From sequence record OR567511.1: 64,000 nt of DNA; one strand, written 5' to 3'. Made by a program: the position numbers and the translations under genes. Source of the stretch: Enterobacter phage vB_Ent31. This document shows positions 36,326-43,093 of the stretch, in pieces. The notes under the pieces are model-generated. The model had not been told where the DNA came from, searched no databases, and saw only the letters and a list, made by a program, of their open reading frames with translations. Within the stretch, counting starts at the first letter, position 1; each line of letters opens with the position of its first letter.

Positions 36326-36928
36326 TTAGCCTTTCAGACTTTCCAGATATTCCTGGAGGTCAGCGGTGGTGGTTTCAATACCGACCGGGGTGGTGTTGAA
36401 GGTATCAATACGAGACAGGGTAGTTTGTACATCAACTTTCATCAGGGATGCAGATTCAATGATATCTGCTACGTTGTCCAGACCCATGGAGTTGGCAGCA
36501 CGAGTTTCACGGATGTACTCGAGTTTCACCTTAAGGTCTTCACGCTGGTCGTCCAGAGCTACGACAGTATTTTCAATTTCAGTGAGCATCTGTGTCAGTT
36601 CAGTTGCTTTGTTACGCAGAGCTTCTGCGGTACGACGATACAGAAGACCAAGTTTAGCATGAGTCTGTACGTCAGCGTTAGGATTTTCAGCCAGAATCCG
36701 GCGAATTTCTTTTTCTTTGCTTTCAGCCTGTGCATCTTTTTCAGCAGCAGCTTTGGTTTTGTCGTTGATTTCGCGAGTAGCGGTCACATGACGAGTTTTC
36801 AGTTTGTGAACTTCAGAGATAATCTGCTCAGCAGCATGTGTCATCTGGTCTTCAACCGAAGTGTTTTTGGTCATGAAGGCACCCAGTTTAATGCGGATGA
36901 ATTCAACAATTTTCTTCAGAATAGCCAT
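36326..36928 (-). CDS. PspA/IM30 (phage-shock protein A / ESCRT-III-like) family protein
   Basis: 200 aa, all-helical and charged. N-terminus MAILKKIVEFIRIKLGAFMTK..EDQMTHAAEQIISEVHKLKT parallels PspA [39 protein letters not shown]. Local GC content is clearly higher than the flanks. Own promoter and terminator. Confidence 0.6.
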   Translation of the reverse strand: MAILKKIVEFIRIKLGAFMTKNTSVEDQMTHAAEQIISEVHKLKTRHVTATREINDKTKAAAEKDAQAESKEKEIRRILAENPNADVQTHAKLGLLYRRTAEALRNKATELTQMLTEIENTVVALDDQREDLKVKLEYIRETRAANSMGLDNVADIIESASLMKVDVQTTLSRIDTFNTTPVGIETTTADLQEYLESLKG

Positions 36929-36982
36929 GTTTATTTCCTTTTTGTTTAGAGATTTGAATTTTATACTCTATGTTGTAAAGCA

Positions 36983-37183
36983 TTAAATTTTATCACCGAA
37001 GATAACTTCAGCGGTGCACCAGTGTGCATTAACATACTCAACGATATCAGTCATTTTCTTACTTTCAACGATGTTAGTTACGTGGTACTCGTGTTCGCCT
37101 CTATTGAGTATTGCTCGGAACTTCTCAAAGCGACCGAAATCATCAGTTATTTCATTAATGGTTACTGTATTGAATTTAACCAT
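36983..37183 (-). CDS. hypothetical protein (66 aa)
   Basis: ORF track, with promoter at 37214-37251. Confidence 0.5.
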   Translation of the reverse strand: MVKFNTVTINEITDDFGRFEKFRAILNRGEHEYHVTNIVESKKMTDIVEYVNAHWCTAEVIFGDKI

Positions 37184-37213
37184 GATTTATTCTCCGATTC
37201 AATTTTGTTTTGA

Positions 37214-37251
37214 TGAGGTAATAATATCATACTACCCCATCATTGTAAACA
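37214..37251 (-). promoter_or_regulatory. T4-type early promoter for gene 36983..37183
   Basis: Minus-strand TGTTTACA ... GTATGATATTATTACC. Confidence 0.55.
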
Positions 37252-37254
37252 ATT

Positions 37255-37515
37255 TTATTTCATTCTGTTGAAATATTTTTCAGCTGCTTCGTCGTCTTTA
37301 TGGTAGGTCTTAGTCAAAGCTACCGGGCGAACGTTGAAAGTGTTAAGAGAATCGCGAGCAATCACGATAGTAAACCAACGGCCGTCATCATTACCTAAAG
37401 CAGCATAACGATAAGTGTCCCACACAAATTGCTTAATGCTTTTGATATCATTCAATGAATTAGCTAAATCTGAATGACCGTTCTTAGCAAGTTTTTCTAT
37501 GATGTTGTTGAACAT
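37255..37515 (-). CDS. hypothetical protein (86 aa)
   Basis: ORF track, with promoter at 37532-37576. Confidence 0.5.
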   Translation of the reverse strand: MFNNIIEKLAKNGHSDLANSLNDIKSIKQFVWDTYRYAALGNDDGRWFTIVIARDSLNTFNVRPVALTKTYHKDDEAAEKYFNRMK

Positions 37516-37531
37516 TTTCTTTACTCCATTT

Positions 37532-37576
37532 GTTTTTGATAGAGCTATAATAACACATCTAGAACCAATGTAAACG
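37532..37576 (-). promoter_or_regulatory. T4-type early promoter for gene 37255..37515
   Basis: Minus-strand CCGTTTACA ... GTGTTATTATAGC, preceded by the 32-bp repeat. Confidence 0.55.
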
Positions 37577-37607
37577 GCTGAGGCGAAAGATTTTAAAGAA
37601 GATATTT

Positions 37608-37639
37608 GGATTCACCAGAACGGTTGAGAGGAACTTTCT
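37608..37639 (-). repeat. 32-bp exact repeat, copy 2
   Basis: Identical to 14788..14819 and in the same terminator-repeat-promoter arrangement. Confidence 0.8.
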
Positions 37640-37669
37640 AGAAGAGAATGATTAAACCATTGACTATGC

Positions 37670-37712
37670 ATACAAAAATGCCCTGAGTGTCATAGAGATA
37701 CCCAGGGCATTA
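37670..37712 (-). terminator. intrinsic terminator closing tRNA block 1
   Basis: Minus strand ATGCCCTG-(17-nt loop)-CAGGGCAT followed by TTTTTGTAT. It is the first strong terminator downstream of tRNA-Thr. Confidence 0.65.
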
Positions 37713-37961
37713 AAATTGTTGTATTTATATGCAACAACGCCCCGTCCGAAGACAGGGCGTAAGAATCGACAGCACCACCCACTGGCAGATGGTCTGCAGA
37801 TGTTCATTCCCAGCGACTCGGAGGCATCAGTCTCGCCACTGGAAATATAGCGCCGTGGAGGTTATGCTTGCGACAGGGAACAACCGACTAGCGGCAATGG
37901 AAAACCATTCTCTTCTAACACGACGTCTCAACGAGGGCATACGCAAGTTTCCCTTCGAATT

Positions 37962-38037
37962 TGGTGCCGATTGCAGGAGTCGAACCCGCGGCATCTTCAT
38001 TACAAGTGAAGCGCTCTACCAGCTGAGCTAAATCGGC
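37962..38037 (-). tRNA. tRNA-Thr (anticodon TGT)
   Basis: Reverse complement GCCGATTTAGCTCAGCTGGTAGAGCGCTTCACTTGTAATGAAGATGCCGCGGGTTCGACTCCTGCAATCGGCACCA has canonical arms and encoded CCA. Confidence 0.9.
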
Positions 38038-38039
38038 TT

Positions 38040-38137
38040 AAGACGGAAATAAGGATTCGAACCTTATGTAGTTGCACAGACGTATCTGCCGTTGAATTCC
38101 TCACTAAGTTTAAGCAACTATTCCCGGGGTCTTAATT
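38040..38137 (-). ncRNA. tRNA-like element / small stable RNA candidate (T arm present, cloverleaf not resolved)
   Basis: Contains TAAGGTTCGAATCCTTA (T arm) and a possible acceptor CGGGAAT/ATTTCCG, but no canonical D or anticodon arm. ~98 nt. Wedged between tRNA-Thr and tRNA-Leu. Confidence 0.35.
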
Positions 38138-38222
38138 TGGTGCATCAAGAGGGATTCGAACCCTCAATCCTTTCGGCGGAAGATTTTAAGTCTTCTGTGT
38201 ATACCAGTTCCACCATTGATGC
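38138..38222 (-). tRNA. tRNA-Leu (anticodon TAA), class II
   Basis: Reverse complement GCATCAATGGTGGAACTGGTATACACAGAAGACTTAAAATCTTCCGCCGAAAGGATTGAGGGTTCGAATCCCTCTTGATGCACCA with long variable arm. Confidence 0.9.
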
Positions 38223-38228
38223 GAAATT

Positions 38229-38313
38229 TGGAGCTAGGAGTGAGATTCGAACTCACGAAGGGATACCCGGCGGATTTGCAATCCGCTGCCTTTGGCCACT
38301 CAGCAACCCTAGC
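38229..38313 (-). tRNA. tRNA with Cys-type anticodon arm (GCA) and discriminator U, but an 85-nt class-II-like architecture (13-nt variable arm)
   Basis: Reverse complement GCTAGGGTTGCTGAGTGGCCAAAGGCAGCGGATTGCAAATCCGCCGGGTATCCCTTCGTGAGTTCGAATCTCACTCCTAGCTCCA. The anticodon arm GCGGATTGCAAATCCG is as recalled for E. coli tRNA-Cys. Confidence 0.7.
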
Positions 38314-38317
38314 AAAT

Positions 38318-38396
38318 TGGTCGAGGTAGAGGGATTCGAACCCGTCGACCTGTGGATTAGAAGTCCACTGCTCTATCCAGCTGAGCTATACCCCGA
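38318..38396 (-). tRNA. tRNA-Arg (anticodon TCT)
   Basis: Reverse complement ...CGGGGTATAGCTCAGCTGGATAGAGCAGTGGACTTCTAATCCACAGGTCGACGGGTTCGAATCCCTCTACCTCGACCA. Confidence 0.85.
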
Positions 38397-38500
38397 GTGT
38401 GTTCAGACAGGACTCGAACCTGTAAGCATGTTCTTGCGGCGTTTTACCACCATCGTCAGCGTATGATTCAATACGCGAACTCAAAAGGTGTTGGACCCCT
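38397..38500 (-). ncRNA. tRNA-like remnant / small RNA candidate (T arm ACAGG-TTCGAGT-CCTGT, no matching acceptor)
   Basis: The T-arm motif sits immediately 5' of tRNA-Arg but a cloverleaf could not be completed. Could be a T4 rnaC/rnaD-type stable RNA or a pseudo-tRNA. Confidence 0.25.
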
Positions 38501-38535
38501 TGTCTACCAATTTCAGCACTGAACAACTTTATTTA

Positions 38536-38763
38536 TTACATATCAACTTGTGTAAACCAGTTGATTTTGAAATACTCATCAAAATGAAGAGCAGGCTCAA
38601 CTTGAGTATCCTCCTCAAGAAGAATTAAATTCTTTCTTACAAGAGGGTCAAGATGAGTTGTGTTTAAGCAACTATCATGCCAATATGTAAGTACTCTATT
38701 AGATTCGGCGGTATCAACAAGATAACGAACATTCATATCAGGATGTCGGTACAGATTAATCAT
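38536..38763 (-). CDS. hypothetical protein (75 aa)
   Basis: ORF track. Confidence 0.45.
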   Translation of the reverse strand: MINLYRHPDMNVRYLVDTAESNRVLTYWHDSCLNTTHLDPLVRKNLILLEEDTQVEPALHFDEYFKINWFTQVDM

Positions 38764-38766
38764 AAT

Positions 38767-39216
38767 CTATTTCTCTTGAAGCATTTTGCGTAAACGATAG
38801 AGCTGATTACAAAATTCTTTTTCAGTCAAAACTGTTTCGGAGATTTTGTTCTTGCCCATACTGTGAGTTAATGTTGCGTTACGAGTGGCAATTAATGCTT
38901 TTTGGAATCCAGTGTTTTGAGAAAGTGCATCATATGCTCCAGTTAAAAGATTCTGGTATGCTTCAGATGCTCGATGAATAGGAACACCCTTCCAATAAAG
39001 GGTTTGAGTAGGCCACCAACGTTTCTTCTTGCCTTTGAACTTTGCTGCCTTTCCAACTAAAGTGCAAACATGAGCTTGCATTTCAGGGTTAGAAAATTTG
39101 AGGGATTGTAAGAATCCCTCCATTGATGCACATTCTACATCATCGTAAACGAAAGCATGTGGTGCAAAGTTACTTAAAGCACAAGAAGGATATGAACTTC
39201 CAGAGCCAATGTCCAT
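38767..39216 (-). CDS. hypothetical protein (149 aa)
   Basis: ORF track. Confidence 0.5.
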   Translation of the reverse strand: MDIGSGSSYPSCALSNFAPHAFVYDDVECASMEGFLQSLKFSNPEMQAHVCTLVGKAAKFKGKKKRWWPTQTLYWKGVPIHRASEAYQNLLTGAYDALSQNTGFQKALIATRNATLTHSMGKNKISETVLTEKEFCNQLYRLRKMLQEK

Positions 39217-39447
39217 TTAATTACCGTGAGATATTCTAGAAGGTTTCTTACCAAAATAATATTCATATGAGCCATCTAAACGACCTGCTTTAGTGCGGCA
39301 ATATGAATCCCGTTTCTTATAATGCCGCCATTCATCATTGTATCTTGGACGACGGTCAGCGATTAAAATCTCTAATGGCCAACCAGGCGCAAAGGAACGG
39401 AGCCGTTCGACTTTTCTAATGTATCTTTTCTTTAAGATTTTCTTCAT
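39217..39447 (-). CDS. hypothetical basic protein (76 aa)
   Basis: ORF track. Arg/Lys-rich. Confidence 0.45.
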   Translation of the reverse strand: MKKILKKRYIRKVERLRSFAPGWPLEILIADRRPRYNDEWRHYKKRDSYCRTKAGRLDGSYEYYFGKKPSRISHGN

Positions 39448-39665
39448 ATAGATTCCGACATTACGTGAGTAGTTCTCTTTCTGATTGTAAATTGAGTTAA
39501 TTCATCAACTTCACCACAACGCCAAGCGTCATCTTCAGTTTCAAAACCAAGAGCCTCAAATAGGTTACCTAAACGCCAACCTTCGTCAAACTCGGGGTCT
39601 CCTGAAAAATAGTAATAGTAATCGGCAGTTACTAAATCTTGAATTACAAAATCAAACTTTTCCAT
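39444..39665 (-). CDS. hypothetical acidic protein (73 aa)
   Basis: ORF track. Confidence 0.45.
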   Translation of the reverse strand: MEKFDFVIQDLVTADYYYYFSGDPEFDEGWRLGNLFEALGFETEDDAWRCGEVDELTQFTIRKRTTHVMSESI

Positions 39666-40162
39666 CAGATACTTACCACAGTAATAGCTTCAGGAGCTTT
39701 AGGAATAACGATATCTTCTTCGATGTAGAAGAGCTTAAATTTTTCAGCTACACGCATGAAGTCAGTATCATAACCAACTGGAGTTCCAATCAATTCTTGG
39801 ATTTTATCCATCACTTTATACTGAACTTGATAGAAATCTTCAAGACGAGCATCGAATTCATCTTCAGTATAATTGCCTTCTGGGATTACAAAGCCAAGCA
39901 CTTCTGAACAGAACTCTGGAGTGATTTCTTCATTTTCAACACAATATTCAAAGAAAGCATCACCGGAATAATCTTCGTTACCCATTCCATTAGGGTCTGA
40001 ATTATCAGACGCGAAACATTTCGCAACGGCACACCAACCTGAAATGTGTCTAGCATTTACATTATAAATCACATTCTCTTGATAATCATCGCCGTCGTTT
40101 TCCCATGATACACATGATACTGCATAGCCTTTAGGGATAGTTTGACCAAAGCGGAGTTCCAT
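39665..40162 (-). CDS. hypothetical acidic protein (165 aa)
   Basis: ORF track. Confidence 0.5.
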   Translation of the reverse strand: MELRFGQTIPKGYAVSCVSWENDGDDYQENVIYNVNARHISGWCAVAKCFASDNSDPNGMGNEDYSGDAFFEYCVENEEITPEFCSEVLGFVIPEGNYTEDEFDARLEDFYQVQYKVMDKIQELIGTPVGYDTDFMRVAEKFKLFYIEEDIVIPKAPEAITVVSI

Positions 40163-40172
40163 AATATTTCCT

Positions 40173-40577
40173 TCAATTAAATGGTGGAAGTGGTTTCATG
40201 TACAAATCTATCAACATACGCCATTTAGCAATTACTTCAGCATACGTATCATTGCATAAAAATCGTGTGATGTCAGAATAATCAATTGCTGGTAGCGGAG
40301 TTAAATGATTCATCAATTCGCGAGGAAATTGATTAAAGCATTTCATCATATCTTTGTAAACATAATCAAGTAAGTCTTGAACAGAGAAGAACTCAGTGTT
40401 TCGTCCTTCTTTGGAATACCGATATTTCAGAAATTTCCAATGGCCGGAGTCTCTGTCTTGAGTGAATGCGTAGTCACTATGTAACATGACATTACGAACT
40501 AAATCTTCAGAGAAGAAGATGGAGTGAGTGCAACCATAATAAATCATAATATTTTCCTCAGAATTTGGTGGCCCCAT
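40173..40577 (-). CDS. hypothetical protein (134 aa); 5' end abuts/overlaps the 3' end of tRNA-Met
   Basis: ORF track. Confidence 0.45.
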   Translation of the reverse strand: MGPPNSEENIMIYYGCTHSIFFSEDLVRNVMLHSDYAFTQDRDSGHWKFLKYRYSKEGRNTEFFSVQDLLDYVYKDMMKCFNQFPRELMNHLTPLPAIDYSDITRFLCNDTYAEVIAKWRMLIDLYMKPLPPFN

Positions 40578-40641
40578 CCGGATTCGAACCGAAAACCTAC
40601 CAGTTATGAGCCGGGTGCTCTACCAATTGAGCTATAGGGCC
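40566..40641 (-). tRNA. tRNA-Met or Ile2-type (anticodon CAT)
   Basis: Reverse complement GGCCCTATAGCTCAATTGGTAGAGCACCCGGCTCATAACTGGTAGGTTTTCGGTTCGAATCCGGATGGGGCCACCA. The GGCCC acceptor resembles lysidine-type Ile2. Confidence 0.8.
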
Positions 40642-40665
40642 AAAGTCCTCCGAAGAGGACGAATG

Positions 40666-40890
40666 TTATTCAACCATGAAATCTGCTACTTCATCAAAGT
40701 CGTTATCAATAACAACAGTAAATGGCAGAGCTTCATCGCTTGTTTTGATAGTCAGCTTAACGAAGCCATCGACAGTTTCAACCAAACCTACAATTTTATC
40801 AGAACGTACTACAGCACGAGCTACGTCAACAATTTTACCAGTCAGTGCAAATGTAGCGATTTGGTTAACTTCAACAACGATACGTTTCAT
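40666..40890 (-). CDS. hypothetical protein (74 aa)
   Basis: ORF track, with promoter at 40902-40935. Confidence 0.5.
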   Translation of the reverse strand: MKRIVVEVNQIATFALTGKIVDVARAVVRSDKIVGLVETVDGFVKLTIKTSDEALPFTVVIDNDFDEVADFMVE

Positions 40891-40931
40891 TCTTTTTCCT
40901 TAGTGGTTTTGATGTAGTAATAATAACATCA

Positions 40932-41489
40932 TTATTTTAAAGCGTAATATCTGAACGGATTGATATGAAATGATAACATTGCTCTGTCATTCTTTTCAGG
41001 CTTATCAACTTCAGATTTCAGTTTCCACCCACAGTAAACTCGTAAGCAGAATTGAATTTTTCCAATTTTAAGCCAAGGCTGATATCCAAATACACCCCAA
41101 GCTGATTCATTCCACATAAGCAACCAACCGTTAGATTTACCGTTAGATTCTACAGTCGGATTGCCCTTCCATTTAAACTCTGAAGTAGCTTCTCGTCCAA
41201 GAACATAATAAGCAAAGTTATATGCTTTATTTCGCCATAGCCATGCTACGCGTTGCATATATTTTCCAACGATCGGAATTTTACGAATCTTTTCCCAGCG
41301 CTTAACATGACCGCCATCTCCGTCAATTGGATTATCAAATGTCATCATCCAATTGAATCCATATGGAAGTTTTCCGCTAACTTCATTATAGAATGGAACT
41401 ACAAATGGAGCAAGCAAAATAGCTAGCACGCCAGTAATCCAATCAAGTGGTACAAGAACAATATAACTTAAGTATTTTAGCAGTTTCAT
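40932..41489 (-). CDS. membrane-anchored hypothetical protein (~185 aa; start moved to MKLLKYL)
   Basis: The ORF-track start at 41591 overlaps tRNA-Phe, so the internal Met at ~41489 was used. One N-terminal TM helix. Trp/Tyr-rich. Confidence 0.5.
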   Translation of the reverse strand: MKLLKYLSYIVLVPLDWITGVLAILLAPFVVPFYNEVSGKLPYGFNWMMTFDNPIDGDGGHVKRWEKIRKIPIVGKYMQRVAWLWRNKAYNFAYYVLGREATSEFKWKGNPTVESNGKSNGWLLMWNESAWGVFGYQPWLKIGKIQFCLRVYCGWKLKSEVDKPEKNDRAMLSFHINPFRYYALK

Positions 41490-41556
41490 AGTAGTCTCCT
41501 TTGACACTCTATTTATGCTAAAAAGCCCGAACAGATTTCTCTGCTCGGGCGTTGTT

Positions 41557-41631
41557 TGGTGGGAAGTGTTGGAATCGAACCAACCTCTCATGCTCTTCAG
41601 GCACGCGCTAATCCATCTCAGCTAACTTCCC
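41557..41631 (-). tRNA. tRNA-Phe (GAA)
   Basis: Reverse complement GGGAAGTTAGCTGAGATGGATTAGCGCGTGCCTGAAGAGCATGAGAGGTTGGTTCGATTCCAACACTTCCCACCA. Confidence 0.85.
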
Positions 41632-41632
41632 T

Positions 41633-41709
41633 TGGTCTCCATACGAGGATTTGAACCTCGGACCCTCTGGTCCCAAACCAGATGCTCTACCAGACTGAGC
41701 TACACGGAG
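41633..41709 (-). tRNA. tRNA-Pro (TGG)
   Basis: Reverse complement CTCCGTGTAGCTCAGTCTGGTAGAGCATCTGGTTTGGGACCAGAGGGTCCGAGGTTCAAATCCTCGTATGGAGACCA. 1-nt spacer to tRNA-Phe, so a dimeric precursor is likely. Confidence 0.85.
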
Positions 41710-41803
41710 ATATTTTTCAGGATGGACGCCACTCTACATTTATGGGTCGAGTCTCCATCATAAAACGTCACGGTCCTCGGCGATTTTCCGTGGTCTGAAA
41801 ATT

Positions 41804-41878
41804 TGGAGCATCCAGAGAGAATCGAACTCTCATCTACTGGGTGGAAGCCAGTCATAATAGCCGCTATACGATGGATGC
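41804..41878 (-). tRNA. tRNA-Gly (TCC)
   Basis: Reverse complement GCATCCATCGTATAGCGGCTATTATGACTGGCTTCCACCCAGTAGATGAGAGTTCGATTCTCTCTGGATGCTCCA. Confidence 0.85.
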
Positions 41879-41883
41879 AAATT

Positions 41884-41958
41884 TGGCAGGCCCTGAAGGA
41901 ATCGAACCCTCATCACTGGGTTTGGAGCCCAGCATAATAGCCGTTATACTAAGAACCT
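41884..41958 (-). tRNA. tRNA-Trp (CCA)
   Basis: Reverse complement AGGTTCTTAGTATAACGGCTATTATGCTGGGCTCCAAACCCAGTGATGAGGGTTCGATTCCTTCAGGGCCTGCCA. Discriminator G. Confidence 0.85.
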
Positions 41959-41964
41959 GTTATT

Positions 41965-42040
41965 TGGTGGGAGTAACTGGACTCGAACCAGTCACCGCTC
42001 GATTATCGGTCGAGAGCTCTACCAAATGAGATATACTCCC
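41965..42040 (-). tRNA. tRNA-Ile (GAT), copy 1
   Basis: Reverse complement GGGAGTATATCTCATTTGGTAGAGAGCTCTCGACCGATAATCGAGCGGTGACTGGTTCGAGTCCAGTTACTCCCACCA. Confidence 0.8.
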
Positions 42041-42106
42041 ATGGAAAGCTAATCATCTAATTGTTGATGTACCACTGCTATGGACAGTGTTTAACTTTCA
42101 TAAATT

Positions 42107-42191
42107 TGGCGGAGAGTAAAGGAGTTGAACCCTCACCGTTTCCGATGGCCCGGATTTCAAGTCCGGTTTGCTACCACTAGCGCTACTCTCC
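42107..42191 (-). tRNA. tRNA-Ser (TGA), class II
   Basis: Reverse complement GGAGAGTAGCGCTAGTGGTAGCAAACCGGACTTGAAATCCGGGCCATCGGAAACGGTGAGGGTTCAACTCCTTTACTCTCCGCCA. Confidence 0.85.
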
Positions 42192-42197
42192 AGTATT

Positions 42198-42283
42198 TGG
42201 TGAAGGAAGTGTCATATAGACACAATTCGCTTAGCGACAGCCACAGCGTTTTGCGGGCCGTGTATTTTTCCACCATTCCTTCA
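42198..42283 (-). ncRNA. tRNA-like small stable RNA candidate (86 nt, acceptor GAAGGAA/TTCCTTC + ACCA, non-canonical T loop)
   Basis: Reverse complement TGAAGGAATGGTGGAAAAATACACGGCCCGCAAAACGCTGTGGCTGTCGCTAAGCGAATTGTGTCTATATGACACTTCCTTCACCA. Paired termini and an internal GTGTC/GACAC hairpin, but no TTCRA T loop. Same strand and spacing as the flanking tRNAs. Confidence 0.4.
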
Positions 42284-42287
42284 TTGT

Positions 42288-42363
42288 TGGGGTGACCGGA
42301 CGGATTTGAACCGTCGACGGCAGCAATCACAATGCTGAGTTCTACCAACTGAACTACGGCCAC
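42288..42363 (-). tRNA. tRNA-His (GTG)
   Basis: Reverse complement GTGGCCGTAGTTCAGTTGGTAGAACTCAGCATTGTGATTGCTGCCGTCGACGGTTCAAATCCGTCCGGTCACCCCA. Discriminator C. Confidence 0.85.
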
Positions 42364-42455
42364 ATCAATATTCACTCCATCATGAGGACTTCATACGAAA
42401 TTAAGAGAAGAATGATTAGTTCAACCCCTGTAGACGCGTTGAATGAATATTAATT

Positions 42456-42530
42456 TGGCTGGACTATCTGGATTCGAACCAGAGATACCGGAGTCAAAGG
42501 CCGGTGACTTAACCGCTTGTCTATAGTCCA
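42456..42530 (-). tRNA. tRNA-Gln (TTG)
   Basis: Reverse complement TGGACTATAGACAAGCGGTTAAGTCACCGGCCTTTGACTCCGGTATCTCTGGTTCGAATCCAGATAGTCCAGCCA. Similar to E. coli tRNA-Gln. Confidence 0.85.
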
Positions 42531-42536
42531 ATTGTT

Positions 42537-42612
42537 TGGAGGCGGGTGATGGACTCGAACCATCGCGTAACGGGATATGAACCCGTCATTCTACCAACTG
42601 AAGTTAACCCGC
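42537..42612 (-). tRNA. tRNA-Met-type (CAT), second CAT tRNA (GGG/CCC anticodon stem)
   Basis: Reverse complement GCGGGTTAACTTCAGTTGGTAGAATGACGGGTTCATATCCCGTTACGCGATGGTTCGAGTCCATCACCCGCCTCCA. Confidence 0.75.
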
Positions 42613-42770
42613 ATTTATCCGGGTTCTTGAAGTACTAACAAGTAGCTTGATGTAGAACACGCTAAAGATATAATCTTCCGAATATAGAGCTTATCCCGTG
42701 GGAACAAACAGCTTCGTCCTCGGCATTATCTTATAGGACTCAAACTCATCTTCAAGAACTGCCTCATATT

Positions 42771-42847
42771 TGGCAGTGCTGACGGGTTTCGAACCCGCGA
42801 TCTCTCCCGTGACAGGGGAGTGTCTTGACCATCTCGACTACAGCACT
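42771..42847 (-). tRNA. tRNA-Asp (GTC)
   Basis: Reverse complement AGTGCTGTAGTCGAGATGGTCAAGACACTCCCCTGTCACGGGAGAGATCGCGGGTTCGAAACCCGTCAGCACTGCCA. Confidence 0.85.
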
Positions 42848-43093
42848 ATAAATTTACTTTCGTGAGTATGGGATTACCCTCAAGCCTTCCGGAAAGCTGA
42901 ATAGGCGTTATTGGCTCTCATATACCCGTGCACAGATATAATCTTCATTAACACAATAACTTCATCAATATACTCCGAAAGTAAACTTTCGGCGCCGTAT
43001 TTAATTTGAGCTATGTGGTTATCGTTGAGGGAACTCATAGTCAGGGATTAAAGTGCCGACGACTTTGTCAGAACGTCTTCCAACTTCTATATT

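Noticed and set aside
36317-36949. Plus-strand ORFs 36317..36949 and 36366..36662 antisense to the PspA-like gene
   Set aside because: These are antisense artefacts of a GC-rich coding region. Their Arg/Ser/Val-rich low-complexity translation has no start context, and the sense ORF has a promoter, RBS and terminator.
37729-38466. Plus-strand ORFs 37729..38031 and 38092..38466 (peptides such as GFEP...)
   Set aside because: They are read-through translations of the complement of minus-strand tRNA genes (repeated GGATTCGAACC gives GFEP). No RBS, and they lie entirely over tRNAs.
5977-41591. N-terminal extensions of ORF-track ORFs starting at 5977, 14795, 18818, 23555 and 41591
   Set aside because: Each extension runs upstream across a recognisable early promoter (or, at 41591, across tRNA-Phe). 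An internal ATG with an AAGGAG-type RBS lies just downstream of the promoter, so the shorter ORF was taken.
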